Counted from the first letter of the stretch, positions 11,288 to 19,581 are shown. The stretch is DNA of 24,106 nt from Candidatus Eiseniibacteriota bacterium (GCA_052390515.1 JBQTGV010000147.1:1-24106), one strand, 5' to 3'. Translations and numbers: made by a program. The notes: generated from the letters alone by a model not told the origin.

Positions 11288-11527
11288 TCAGGGCCGCCAC
11301 GCGTTTCCGCGCGGGCCGGGCCGACGCTCGACGGTGAGCTCCACGAACTCCTCGGAGACGCCGCTGCACGGACACATCTCGAGCCGGTAGCGGATCTCGT
11401 TGCGCACGCGCAAGACCGCCTCGTCCTCGGTCGAGGCGTGGCTCTCCGCCGGTCCGAGCGGAGCGCCCTCGCAGCGCGCGTGCCATCCACCGCCGAACGC
11501 CGGCTTCACCACCACGCGGTAGGTCAT
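11288..11527 (-). CDS. Small hypothetical protein (79 aa) with CPC motif, HicB-N-like beta-beta-beta-alpha pattern
   Basis: ATG with GGAGG RBS, TACTCT -10-like element at 11543-11548 on the minus strand, and the ORF fills the intergenic gap. Sequence ...STEDEAVLRVRNEIRYRLEMCPCSG... Confidence 0.7.
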   Translation of the reverse strand: MTYRVVVKPAFGGGWHARCEGAPLGPAESHASTEDEAVLRVRNEIRYRLEMCPCSGVSEEFVELTVERRPGPRGNAWRP

Positions 11528-11592
11528 CGCGCCTCCCGCGTGAGAGTACTACGGCGCGGCCGGTGCCCGCTGCCCTTCACGGCCCCGGTTCG

Positions 11593-11621
11593 TTGACAGC
11601 CCCGGCGTGCTCTTCTAGCCT
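11593..11621 (+). promoter_or_regulatory. Sigma70-type promoter TTGACA-N17-TAGCCT
   Basis: Perfect -35 at 11593-11598, 17-nt spacer, -10 at 11616-11621, upstream of the antiporter. Confidence 0.65.
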
Positions 11622-11623
11622 CG

Positions 11624-13051
11624 GTGCCCACGCCGGGCGAACCTCTCCCGCAGGAGCGGATCCTGATCCACGACGCCGCCGCGAGCCTCGGAACGCGACT
11701 GCCCTTGTGGAGCGTGGCGCCCTTCGCGGGGATGCTGCTCTCCATCGCCCTCTTCCCGCTGATCGCTCCGCACTTCTGGCACCGGAACTTCCCCAAGGTG
11801 GCGCTCGCGTGGGCGCTGGCCTTCGCTCTGCCGTTCCTGGCTTCCTTCGGGGAGGAGGCCGTCGACGCCATCCTGCACATCTACCTGATCGACTACGTGC
11901 CATTCCTGATCCTGCTGTGGTCGCTCTTCACCGTGGCCGGCGGCATCTACGTCGGCGGCAGCCTTCGTGGGACGCCCGGGTCCAACGCCCTCCTGCTGCT
12001 CATCGGCGCGCTGCTGGCTTCGTGGATCGGCACGACCGGCGCGGCGATGGTGATGATCCGGCCCCTGCTCCGCGCGAACGCATGGCGCCGCCACAACGTG
12101 CACATCGTCGTCTTCTTCATCTTCCTCGTGGCGAACGTGGGGGGCTCGCTCACGCCGCTCGGCGATCCGCCGCTCTTCCTCGGCTTCCTGCACGGCGTGC
12201 CCTTCTTCTGGGTCACGCGGCATCTGCTGCCGCACACTCTGCTGATCGCCGCGGTCCTCCTGGCTGTCTTCTGGCTGCTCGATCGCCGCGCGTACGCGCG
12301 GGAGGAACGGCCGCCGGAAAAGCGCGCGCCCCGCGAGCCGCGCGTGCGCATCGAGGGCTGGCACAACCTGCTCTTCCTCGCCGGGATCATGGGCGCGGTG
12401 CTCTTCTCCGGGAGCGTGCAGCTCGCGCACCTGCCGGTGCACGGCCACGTGCACGTGGAGGTCCAGAACCTCGTCCGCGACGGCGTGCTGGTGCTCATGG
12501 GACTCCTCTCCCTGGCCACCACGTCCGCGGGCGTCCGGCAGAGGAACGAGTTCTCCTGGTTTCCGATCCTGGAGGTCGCGTACCTCTTCGCCGGGATCTT
12601 CATGACCATCATCCCCGCGCTCGAGATCCTGAAGGCCGGCGAAGCGGGAGCGCTGGCCGGCGTGATCCATGCCGTTCGCGAACCGGTGCACTACTTCTGG
12701 GTAGCAGGTGGGCTCTCCAGCTTCCTGGACAACGCTCCGACGTACCTGACCTTCTTCAACAGCGCGCTCGGCACGCTCGGCGTCCCGGAGAGCGCGGTGC
12801 CCGGCATGCTCGGCTACGCGGCAGCGGAGCTGCGCAACGAGTGGTTCATCGAGACGCTCACCGCGATCGCGGCCGGGTCGGTGTTCATGGGTGCGAACAC
12901 GTACATCGGCAACGCCCCGAACTTCATGGTGAAGTCCATCGCGGAGGAGGCCGGGATCGCCATGCCGTCCTTCTTCGGCTACCTGCTGCGCTACTCGATC
13001 CCGATCCTCGTGCCGACGTTCCTCCTCGTGACTCTGGTATTCTTCCGATGA
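11624..13051 (+). CDS. Sodium:proton antiporter-like / putative citrate transporter (ion transporter superfamily)
   Basis: Many TM helices. Motifs IGTTGAAM, FIFLVANVGGSLTPLGDPPLFLGFL, LSSFLDNAPTY, GANTYIGNAPNFMVK and MPSFFGY. Start uncertain (GTG 11624 or CTG 11663). Confidence 0.85.
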   Translation: MPTPGEPLPQERILIHDAAASLGTRLPLWSVAPFAGMLLSIALFPLIAPHFWHRNFPKVALAWALAFALPFLASFGEEAVDAILHIYLIDYVPFLILLWSLFTVAGGIYVGGSLRGTPGSNALLLLIGALLASWIGTTGAAMVMIRPLLRANAWRRHNVHIVVFFIFLVANVGGSLTPLGDPPLFLGFLHGVPFFWVTRHLLPHTLLIAAVLLAVFWLLDRRAYAREERPPEKRAPREPRVRIEGWHNLLFLAGIMGAVLFSGSVQLAHLPVHGHVHVEVQNLVRDGVLVLMGLLSLATTSAGVRQRNEFSWFPILEVAYLFAGIFMTIIPALEILKAGEAGALAGVIHAVREPVHYFWVAGGLSSFLDNAPTYLTFFNSALGTLGVPESAVPGMLGYAAAELRNEWFIETLTAIAAGSVFMGANTYIGNAPNFMVKSIAEEAGIAMPSFFGYLLRYSIPILVPTFLLVTLVFFR

Positions 13052-13064
13052 GAGGAGGAGGCGC

Positions 13065-13658
13065 TTGAGTCCTGGAGCGAAGGGTCCACGCCCGACCTTC
13101 CGCGAGTTGCTGGTCGAGGGTGGTGCCGAGCGATGCGAGGGCCTGCTGCTCGGGCTGATCCTGGGTTCGGGCTCCGGCGCGCGCATCCTCTTCTGCGAGG
13201 AGTCCGGCATCGCCACGCCGCTCGGGGAGCGGCTCCTGCAGTTCGCCCGACTGCGCGCGGGCGGCACTCACCTGGTGACCGACTCCGAGGGGCACCGGTT
13301 GATTCACCAGCACGCGAAGGGACTGGCCGACGCGGGTTTGCGGATCGTGGAGGAGCGCAAGGTCGTGGAAGGGCGCTTCCGCTACCGTTTCCGCGCCTAC
13401 GCCCGGCGCTACGGGCAGGAGATCCAGGAGCTCCTCGAGTCTCTGCCCCGCGAGCTGCGCCACGAGCCGGGGAAACGCCACGAGACGGTCGACCCGCGGG
13501 CCACCGCGACCGAGGGTTACGCTCCGGTGCACGACTACGAGATCGAGGGGGACGGTGTCGTGCGCGGCGCGCGCATCGATCTGCTCGTGGAAGCGCGGCG
13601 GGCACTCGACGATCACCCGCTGGTCAAGGCGGAGCCCATCGAGCTGGAGTCGGCGTAG
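13065..13658 (+). CDS. Hypothetical protein (197 aa)
   Basis: Strong GAGGAGGAGG RBS before TTG 13065, directly after the antiporter; codon usage is typical of the region; no family recognised. Confidence 0.7.
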   Translation: MSPGAKGPRPTFRELLVEGGAERCEGLLLGLILGSGSGARILFCEESGIATPLGERLLQFARLRAGGTHLVTDSEGHRLIHQHAKGLADAGLRIVEERKVVEGRFRYRFRAYARRYGQEIQELLESLPRELRHEPGKRHETVDPRATATEGYAPVHDYEIEGDGVVRGARIDLLVEARRALDDHPLVKAEPIELESA

Positions 13659-13660
13659 GA

Positions 13661-13808
13661 GCGTCGCGGGGAGAGTTCTACTTCGGCCGAGCGTCGTAGC
13701 CGCCGAGAGCGGAGCCATGGACGGCGGAGCCCGGCGGCCACGATGCGAGCGAGCCACGGATGGCGAGCGAGCTTGAGCGAGGCCGAAGTAGAACTCTCTC
13801 CGCGACGC
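13661..13808. repeat. 148-bp element with 28-bp terminal inverted repeats (MITE/REP-like or bidirectional terminator structure)
   Basis: gcgtcgcggggagagttctacttcggcc (13661-13688) matches the reverse complement of 13781-13808 at 27/28 positions; it lies between convergent stop codons. Confidence 0.75.
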
Positions 13809-13815
13809 GACGCCC

Positions 13816-14802
13816 CTATGCGAGCGTCGCCACCATCACCGCCTTGATCGTGTGCAGCCGGTTCTCCGCCTGATCGAAGACGCGCGACCCTTTGCCCTCG
13901 AACACGCCGTCGGTCGCTTCGCGGATGTCCGGGAACTTCCGCCCGATCTCGGTCTTGTCGTCGTGGAAGCAGGGCAGGCAGTGCAGGAAGATCACGTCGG
14001 GCTGACCCGCGGCGGCGAGCAGCTCCTCGGTGACACGGTACTTGCCGAGCAGCCGGATGCGCTCGGGGATCTTGTCCTCTTCGCCCATGGAGGCCCACAC
14101 GTCCGTGTACACGACCTTCGTCCCGGCAACGGCCTTCTCCGCGGAGTCGGTCACGGTGATCTTCGCGCCGGTCTCCGCGGCAATGGCCCGGCAGCGTTCC
14201 AGCAGCGCGCGGTCCGGCTGCAGGGATGGCGGCGCACCGATGCGGAAGTCGAGCCCCATCTTGGACGAGGCGACGAGCAGGGAGTTCGCGACGTTGTTGC
14301 GTCCGTCGCCGACGTAAGTGAAGGGGACGCCGCGCAGGTTCCGGCCGAAGGCCTGCTGCACGGTCATCAAGTCCGCGAGCGCCTGGGTGGGGTGGAAGCG
14401 GTCGGTCAGCGCGTTCCACACCGGAACGCCGGCGTTGGCCGCCAGCTCCTCCGCGGTCTCGTGGGCGAAGCCGCGGTACATGATGCCGTCGAACATGCGC
14501 CCGAGCACGCGGGCCACGTCCTCCACGCTCTCCTTCACGCCGAAGCGGATTTCGTCGCGGCCGAGGTACTCGGTGTGCGCGCCCTCGTCGTAGGCGGCGA
14601 CGACCGTGGCGGCGCGGGTTCTGGTGGACGGCTTCTCGAACACGATGGCGACGCTCTTGCCGTCGAGACGTCGCTTGCGCACGCCGCGCGCCTTCTCCGC
14701 TTCGAGCTCGTGGGAGAGGTCCAGGAGGTGCGCGATCTCGTCGGGGGAGTAGTCCAGCAGGGTGAGGAAGTGGCGGCCGCGCAGATCCAGCGTCACGGGC
14801 AT
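13816..14802 (-). CDS. argF: Ornithine carbamoyltransferase (probably catabolic, ArcB-type by context)
   Basis: FEKPSTRTR, HPTQALAD, GDGRNNV, YTDVWASMG, HCLP and QAENRLH motifs; directly downstream of arcA. Confidence 0.95.
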   Translation of the reverse strand: MPVTLDLRGRHFLTLLDYSPDEIAHLLDLSHELEAEKARGVRKRRLDGKSVAIVFEKPSTRTRAATVVAAYDEGAHTEYLGRDEIRFGVKESVEDVARVLGRMFDGIMYRGFAHETAEELAANAGVPVWNALTDRFHPTQALADLMTVQQAFGRNLRGVPFTYVGDGRNNVANSLLVASSKMGLDFRIGAPPSLQPDRALLERCRAIAAETGAKITVTDSAEKAVAGTKVVYTDVWASMGEEDKIPERIRLLGKYRVTEELLAAAGQPDVIFLHCLPCFHDDKTEIGRKFPDIREATDGVFEGKGSRVFDQAENRLHTIKAVMVATLA

Positions 14803-14818
14803 TCGGGTCCTCCCTGGG

Positions 14819-16039
14819 TCAGAGGGGATCGCGGAGGATCGGCTGCGTCATGCAGCGGCTGCCACCCCGTCCCCGGCAGAGCTCGGAAGCGTCCAGCTCC
14901 AGCACCTCGACGCCCGCGTCCGAGAGGCGCCGGTTGGTGACCGAATTACGCATGTAGCCGACGACGACCCCCGGCGCGAGCGCGAGCGTGTTGTGGCCGT
15001 CGTCCCACTGCTCCCGCACGAAGCCGATCTCGTCCTCGCCGGAGGCGATGAACTTGAGCGGGCGGTCGAGGCACCGCGTGAGCGCGTCCTCGAGGCCCTT
15101 CGCCTTGGTCACGGAGAGATCGGCGCCGGCTCCACGGCGGAGGATGAAGACGTCCATTCCCTTCCGCACGCCGGGGAAGAAGTTGAACTTGTCCACGTCC
15201 ACCATGGTGAGCACGGTGTCGAGGTGCATGATGGCGCGGCCTTTGCGGAAGTGCGCCACGATGACGTTCTCGAACGACTCCTCGCCGAGGAGGCGATGCG
15301 CCAGCAGCTCGGCAGCGGCCGGCGCCGAGCGCTCCCCGCAGCCGACGAGCAGGGTCCGCTCGTCGAGGACGAGGACGTCGCCACCCTCCAGCGACGCCGG
15401 GTACGCGTGCACCGGCTCGCGGCCGTACCAGAACGTGAGATCGTGTCCGCGGAATGCGGGATGATGGCGATAGATGGCGCGGAGGAAGACGGATTCGCGG
15501 CTGCGGGCCGGCGAGGCCAGCACGGAGAGCGCCACGCCCGACCCGATCCAAGCGGCGCTGTCCCGCGTGAAGAACAGGTTGGGCATGGGGTGCAGCACGT
15601 AGTCGTAGCGGTCGGAGAGCGCGTCGGCGAAGAGCGGATCGACGCCCAGCTTCTTGAGCTCCCGCTTGGGCAGCCCGCCGATCAGGCAGTCGAGCAGCCG
15701 TTCCATCGGGCACTCGCGCAGCACCTCGCGGAGCCGGCCCGACACCTTCATGCCGCAGGACCGCGGCGTGACCACCTCGTCGACGAGCTGGCCGCGCACC
15801 TCGGAATCACGAAGCGTCTCGCCCAGCAGATCCCGGAGGTAGAGCACCTCGGCACCGCGGCCGCGGAGGATGGCGACGAAGCGGTCGTGCTCCTCCTGCG
15901 CGCGCTCTGTCCACAGGATGTCGTCGAAGAGCATCGCGTCCTTGTTGAGCGGCGTGAGGCGGGCGATCTCGACGCCGGGGCGATGCACCAGCACCTTGCG
16001 CAGCGGGCCGATCTCGGACGCGACGCGATGGCCGGACAT
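14819..16039 (-). CDS. arcA: Arginine deiminase
   Basis: SEIGPLRKVLVHRPG, LFDD, PMPNLFFTRD, LEGGD, MHLDT and ELCRGRGGSRCMT (catalytic Asp/Glu/His/Cys present). Confidence 0.95.
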   Translation of the reverse strand: MSGHRVASEIGPLRKVLVHRPGVEIARLTPLNKDAMLFDDILWTERAQEEHDRFVAILRGRGAEVLYLRDLLGETLRDSEVRGQLVDEVVTPRSCGMKVSGRLREVLRECPMERLLDCLIGGLPKRELKKLGVDPLFADALSDRYDYVLHPMPNLFFTRDSAAWIGSGVALSVLASPARSRESVFLRAIYRHHPAFRGHDLTFWYGREPVHAYPASLEGGDVLVLDERTLLVGCGERSAPAAAELLAHRLLGEESFENVIVAHFRKGRAIMHLDTVLTMVDVDKFNFFPGVRKGMDVFILRRGAGADLSVTKAKGLEDALTRCLDRPLKFIASGEDEIGFVREQWDDGHNTLALAPGVVVGYMRNSVTNRRLSDAGVEVLELDASELCRGRGGSRCMTQPILRDPL

Positions 16040-16217
16040 GGAGGCTCCAGGGGCGGCGGTTGCGGTTCCGGGTACGGGGGCACATCCCCGGAGTCGACAT
16101 CTTGAGGCAGGCGGCCGGAAAGTTCAAGGGCCGCCGCGCCGATGATGGGCGCCGGCGATGGGGCGGCGGGAGTTGGGAGCCGTGGTCTCGGCACGCGAGG
16201 TCGGATATGCTGCCGCC

Positions 16218-17411
16218 ATGACCGCGCCTGCCGAGATCCGACCCGACGTCACGCTGGACGACCTCGTCGCGCTCGACGAGATCCTCACCGACGAGGAGCG
16301 TCGCGTCCGCGATACCGTTCGCCGCTTCCTCGCCGACAAGTACATCCCGCACGTGGACGAGTGGTTCGAGAAGGAGATCTTCCCCAAGGAACTGATCCCC
16401 GAGCTCTCGCGCCTCGGCGTGCTCGGCATGAACATCGACGGATACGATTGCGCCGGCCTCGGCGACATGGCCTACGGGCTGGCGCTGGAGGAGCTGGAGT
16501 ACGCGGACTCCGGCCTGCGCAGCTTCGTCTCCGTGCAGGGCAGCCTGTGCATGTACCCGATTCTGCGTTACGGCTCCGAGGAGCAGCGGCAGCGCTGGCT
16601 TCCGCGCATGGCAGCGGGCGAGCTGATCGGCTGCTTCGGCCTGACCGAGCCGGATGCGGGCTCCGATCCCGGCGCCATGAAGACCCGCGCCGTGAAGGAC
16701 GGGAATTCGTGGATCCTGAACGGCGCGAAGATGTGGATCACGAACGCGCCGATCGCCGACCTGGCCGTGGTGTGGGCGCGCACCGGCGAGGACACGTCGT
16801 CCATTCGTGGATTCGTCGTCGAGCGAGGGGCGAAGGGCTTCGAGACGCCGACCATGCGTCGCAAGATGAGCCTGCGCGCGTCCGAGACCGGCGAGATCGT
16901 GCTGGCCGACTGCCGCGTGGCCGAGGCCGACCGGCTTCCGGAAGCGAAGGGCCTCGGCGCGCCGCTCTCCTGCCTCAATCAGGCGCGCTTCGGCATCGCG
17001 TTCGGGGCGGTCGGAGCCGCGCGGGCCTGCTTCGACGCCGCGCTCTCCTACTCGAAGGAGCGCATCGCCTTCGGCGTGCCCACCGCGAAGAAGCAGCTCA
17101 TCCAGCATCGGCTCGTGGAGATGGCCGGCGGCATCGCGCGGGGGCGGATCCTGGCCGCGCACTTCGCCCGGCTCAAAGAGAAGGGGAAGTTGTCTCCCGC
17201 GCAGGTGAGCCTCGCCAAGCGCAACAACGTGGAGATGGCGCTGGAGGTGGCGCGGTCGGCGCGCGCCGTGCTCGGCGCGAACGGAATCAGCGTCGAGTAC
17301 CCGGTCATCCGGCACATGCTGAACTTGGAATCCGTGTATACCTACGAGGGAACCCACGAGGTGCACACGCTCATCGTCGGGCGCGCCCTCACGGGCGAGG
17401 ACGGATTCTAG
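16218..17411 (+). CDS. Acyl-CoA dehydrogenase (glutaryl-CoA dehydrogenase-like)
   Basis: DSGLRSFVSVQGSL, GCFGLTEPDAGSDP, LNGAKMWITN, CLNQARFGIA, LGANGI and NLESVYTYEGT. Start placed at ATG 16218 (ORF track 16158). Confidence 0.92.
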   Translation: MTAPAEIRPDVTLDDLVALDEILTDEERRVRDTVRRFLADKYIPHVDEWFEKEIFPKELIPELSRLGVLGMNIDGYDCAGLGDMAYGLALEELEYADSGLRSFVSVQGSLCMYPILRYGSEEQRQRWLPRMAAGELIGCFGLTEPDAGSDPGAMKTRAVKDGNSWILNGAKMWITNAPIADLAVVWARTGEDTSSIRGFVVERGAKGFETPTMRRKMSLRASETGEIVLADCRVAEADRLPEAKGLGAPLSCLNQARFGIAFGAVGAARACFDAALSYSKERIAFGVPTAKKQLIQHRLVEMAGGIARGRILAAHFARLKEKGKLSPAQVSLAKRNNVEMALEVARSARAVLGANGISVEYPVIRHMLNLESVYTYEGTHEVHTLIVGRALTGEDGF

Positions 17412-17419
17412 GGGCGGGA

Positions 17420-17439
17420 GGTCAGGGGCACCCCTGACC
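17420..17439. terminator. Short hairpin after the acyl-CoA dehydrogenase stop
   Basis: ggtcaggg-gcac-ccctgacc; no U-tract. Confidence 0.35.
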
Positions 17440-17517
17440 CAGTCCTCCGGCCCACATCGCCAGGTCGACGACGCCGACCAGGTGACGCGCGCGACGAGCA
17501 GGTCGAGCGATGCCGCG

Positions 17518-17550
17518 CTGCGGCCGTCTCCTGCATCGAGACGGCCGCAG
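17518..17550. terminator. 13-bp perfect hairpin downstream of the NHL gene, between convergent genes
   Basis: ctgcggccgtctc (17518-17530), 7-nt loop, gagacggccgcag (17538-17550). Confidence 0.5.
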
Positions 17551-17568
17551 GAACGCAGCGGCGAACGA

Positions 17569-18537
17569 TCAGCGGTACGCCGACTTGATCTGCCCCCACG
17601 AGGCAGCCTCGATCGAGACTGGCGCTTCGCCGAACTTCTGGACACGGTTGTTGTAGATGTCCACGACGTACACGTTGCCGGCCAGGTCCGTCGCCATGCC
17701 CCATGGTTCGTTGAACTGTCCGTCACCGCCGCCGTACGAGCCCCACTGGGCCAAGTAGGTCCCCGTGGCACTGAACTTCTGGATGCGGTAGTTCCAGGTG
17801 TCCGCCACGTAGACGTTGCCCGCGGGATCGGTGGCCACCGAACGCGGGTAGGCGAACTGCCCGTCGCCGCTGCCGGACACGCCCCACTGCGTGATGTACG
17901 TACCGGTGTTGCTGAACTTCGTGACGACGGCGCCGAGGACGTCCGTCACGTAGACGTTGCCGGCCGCGTCCGTCGCGATTCCCATGGGGAAGAGACCTCC
18001 CGTGGACCACTGGGTGAGGTAGGTGCCCGTGCCGGTGAACTTCTGGACGCGGAGGCCGCCGAACTCCGTGACGTACACGTTGCCGGCGGCGTCCGTCGCG
18101 ATGCCCTGGGGACCGAAGAACTGCCCGTCACCCGAGCCGGGCGAGCCCCACTGGGTCAGAAAGGTCCCGGTGCCGGTGAACTTCTGGACGCGCTCGTTTC
18201 CCCAGTCCACGACGTACACGTTTCCGACCGCATCCGTAGCCAGGGCGCGGGGATCCTCGAACTGTCCGGGTCCCGCACCGTACGAGCCCCATTGGGTGAT
18301 GTAGACCCCCGTGGCGGTGAACTTCTGGATGCGGCTGTTCCAGTAGTCACTGACGTAGACGTTTCCGGCGGGGTCGGTGGCAACGCCGTGGGGTTCGATG
18401 AACTGGCCGTCGCCGTTGCCGAAGGTACCCCACTGGGTCAGGTAGACCGGGGCCTGCGCCCCGGCGGGCGAGGGCGGTAGGGATCCGAGAACGAGGAGGG
18501 CGAGCGGGACTCCATGATGCCAAAGCGATCGAGCCAT
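17569..18537 (-). CDS. Secreted NHL-repeat six-bladed beta-propeller with C-terminal SWGxxKxxYR tail (~322 aa)
   Basis: ATG 18537 after GGGAGAAGG, then a signal peptide. Six repeats of TQWGSxGxGDGQFxxPxGxATDxAGNVYVxD with a 141-nt period. Ends PVSIEAASWGQIKSAYR. Confidence 0.88.
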   Translation of the reverse strand: MARSLWHHGVPLALLVLGSLPPSPAGAQAPVYLTQWGTFGNGDGQFIEPHGVATDPAGNVYVSDYWNSRIQKFTATGVYITQWGSYGAGPGQFEDPRALATDAVGNVYVVDWGNERVQKFTGTGTFLTQWGSPGSGDGQFFGPQGIATDAAGNVYVTEFGGLRVQKFTGTGTYLTQWSTGGLFPMGIATDAAGNVYVTDVLGAVVTKFSNTGTYITQWGVSGSGDGQFAYPRSVATDPAGNVYVADTWNYRIQKFSATGTYLAQWGSYGGGDGQFNEPWGMATDLAGNVYVVDIYNNRVQKFGEAPVSIEAASWGQIKSAYR

Positions 18538-18636
18538 GGGGCCTTCTCCCGATAGGGGGTCGTTTCCGGGCACGGACCGTCCGGTGCCCATCCCGGTAAC
18601 GGAGTCCGACCGCCGACCGAACTCGAGAGTGGAGGA

Positions 18637-19581
18637 TTATCGGAGGAGCGTGAGCCGCCGTCCGATGAGCCGCGTGCGCGTTTCCAGGGCGTAGATGAAC
18701 ACGCCAGCCGGCACACGCCGGCCCGCCGAGTCCGTTCCATCCCAGGCCATCGGGTGGAAGCCGCGCGCGTACGCGCCGGAGGCCAGCACGCGGACGACGC
18801 GCCCGCCGGCGTCCAGGATGCGCAGCGTGGCCTGATCCGCAGCGGGCAGATAGAAGCTCAGGCGAACGATCCCCGTGGAGGGGTTCGGGAAGCTCGGCAG
18901 CAGGGTCACCTCGGAGAAGTCGAAGCCGCCCTCCGGGAGGGGCTGCAACACTCCCGACACGCGCGCCTCTGCGGCTGCAACGACGCTCCGGTCCGACTCC
19001 CGCTGCGCAAAGACGATGCCGGCGAGCCGCTCCGTACCCCAGCCGCTACCCAGGGCGAAGGCCAGGGCGAAGGCCTGGGACTCGCCGCCTGCCGAGGCCG
19101 CCAGCGGCGTCGCCGGAAGCACGAGACGGGAGACCCGCGGCGCCAGGCCGACGGGGTCCTCGAGCACGACCACGCGGATCACCACGTCCTCCGGCGTGGG
19201 CACGGATCCACCGGCGGACACCGAGGCGGTCACGACAACCTCACCGAGCCGGGACTCCGCCTCGAAGAAGAAAAGGGCGTCGACGCCCAGCGGGGGCGAA
19301 GAGGCGGCCGCCGACTCGATGGCCGCCCGGTACGCGCTCTCCGGATCGCCGCCGCCGGCCACTGCTTCGCCGGCCACGAACGCCGCCGGCTCCGTGCCGG
19401 CGCCGTAGTACGCCGCCCGCTCCGAAACTCCCGCGTGCGTCAGCCCCGGATCGGAGCGGTGCTCCACCCAGGTGAGCGCGTCCCCGAGCTCCGCGGCCAG
19501 CGTCTCGAGCGCCGCCCGAGCCGGCGCGCACTCCCCGCACGCGGCCGACCCGAACAGCTCGACCAGGACCGTGGCGATCAT
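18637..19581 (-). CDS. Omp28/thioredoxin-like CxxC protein with FlgD/T9SS-like C-terminal domain (~314 aa)
   Basis: ATG overlaps the upstream stop (TGATG at 19583-19579). MIATVLVELFGSAACGECAPARAAL; ERAAYYG...EP; C-terminal PSFPNP...RILDAGGRVVR...WDGTD...AGVFIYAL. The upstream part of ORF 18637..20187 is an out-of-frame shadow of the M32 gene. Confidence 0.8.
   Translation of the reverse strand: MIATVLVELFGSAACGECAPARAALETLAAELGDALTWVEHRSDPGLTHAGVSERAAYYGAGTEPAAFVAGEAVAGGGDPESAYRAAIESAAASSPPLGVDALFFFEAESRLGEVVVTASVSAGGSVPTPEDVVIRVVVLEDPVGLAPRVSRLVLPATPLAASAGGESQAFALAFALGSGWGTERLAGIVFAQRESDRSVVAAAEARVSGVLQPLPEGGFDFSEVTLLPSFPNPSTGIVRLSFYLPAADQATLRILDAGGRVVRVLASGAYARGFHPMAWDGTDSAGRRVPAGVFIYALETRTRLIGRRLTLLR

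Noticed and set aside
17630-18445. Regularly spaced DNA repeats resembling a CRISPR array
   Set aside because: They are in-frame NHL protein repeats (141-nt period) with no unique spacers and no cas genes.
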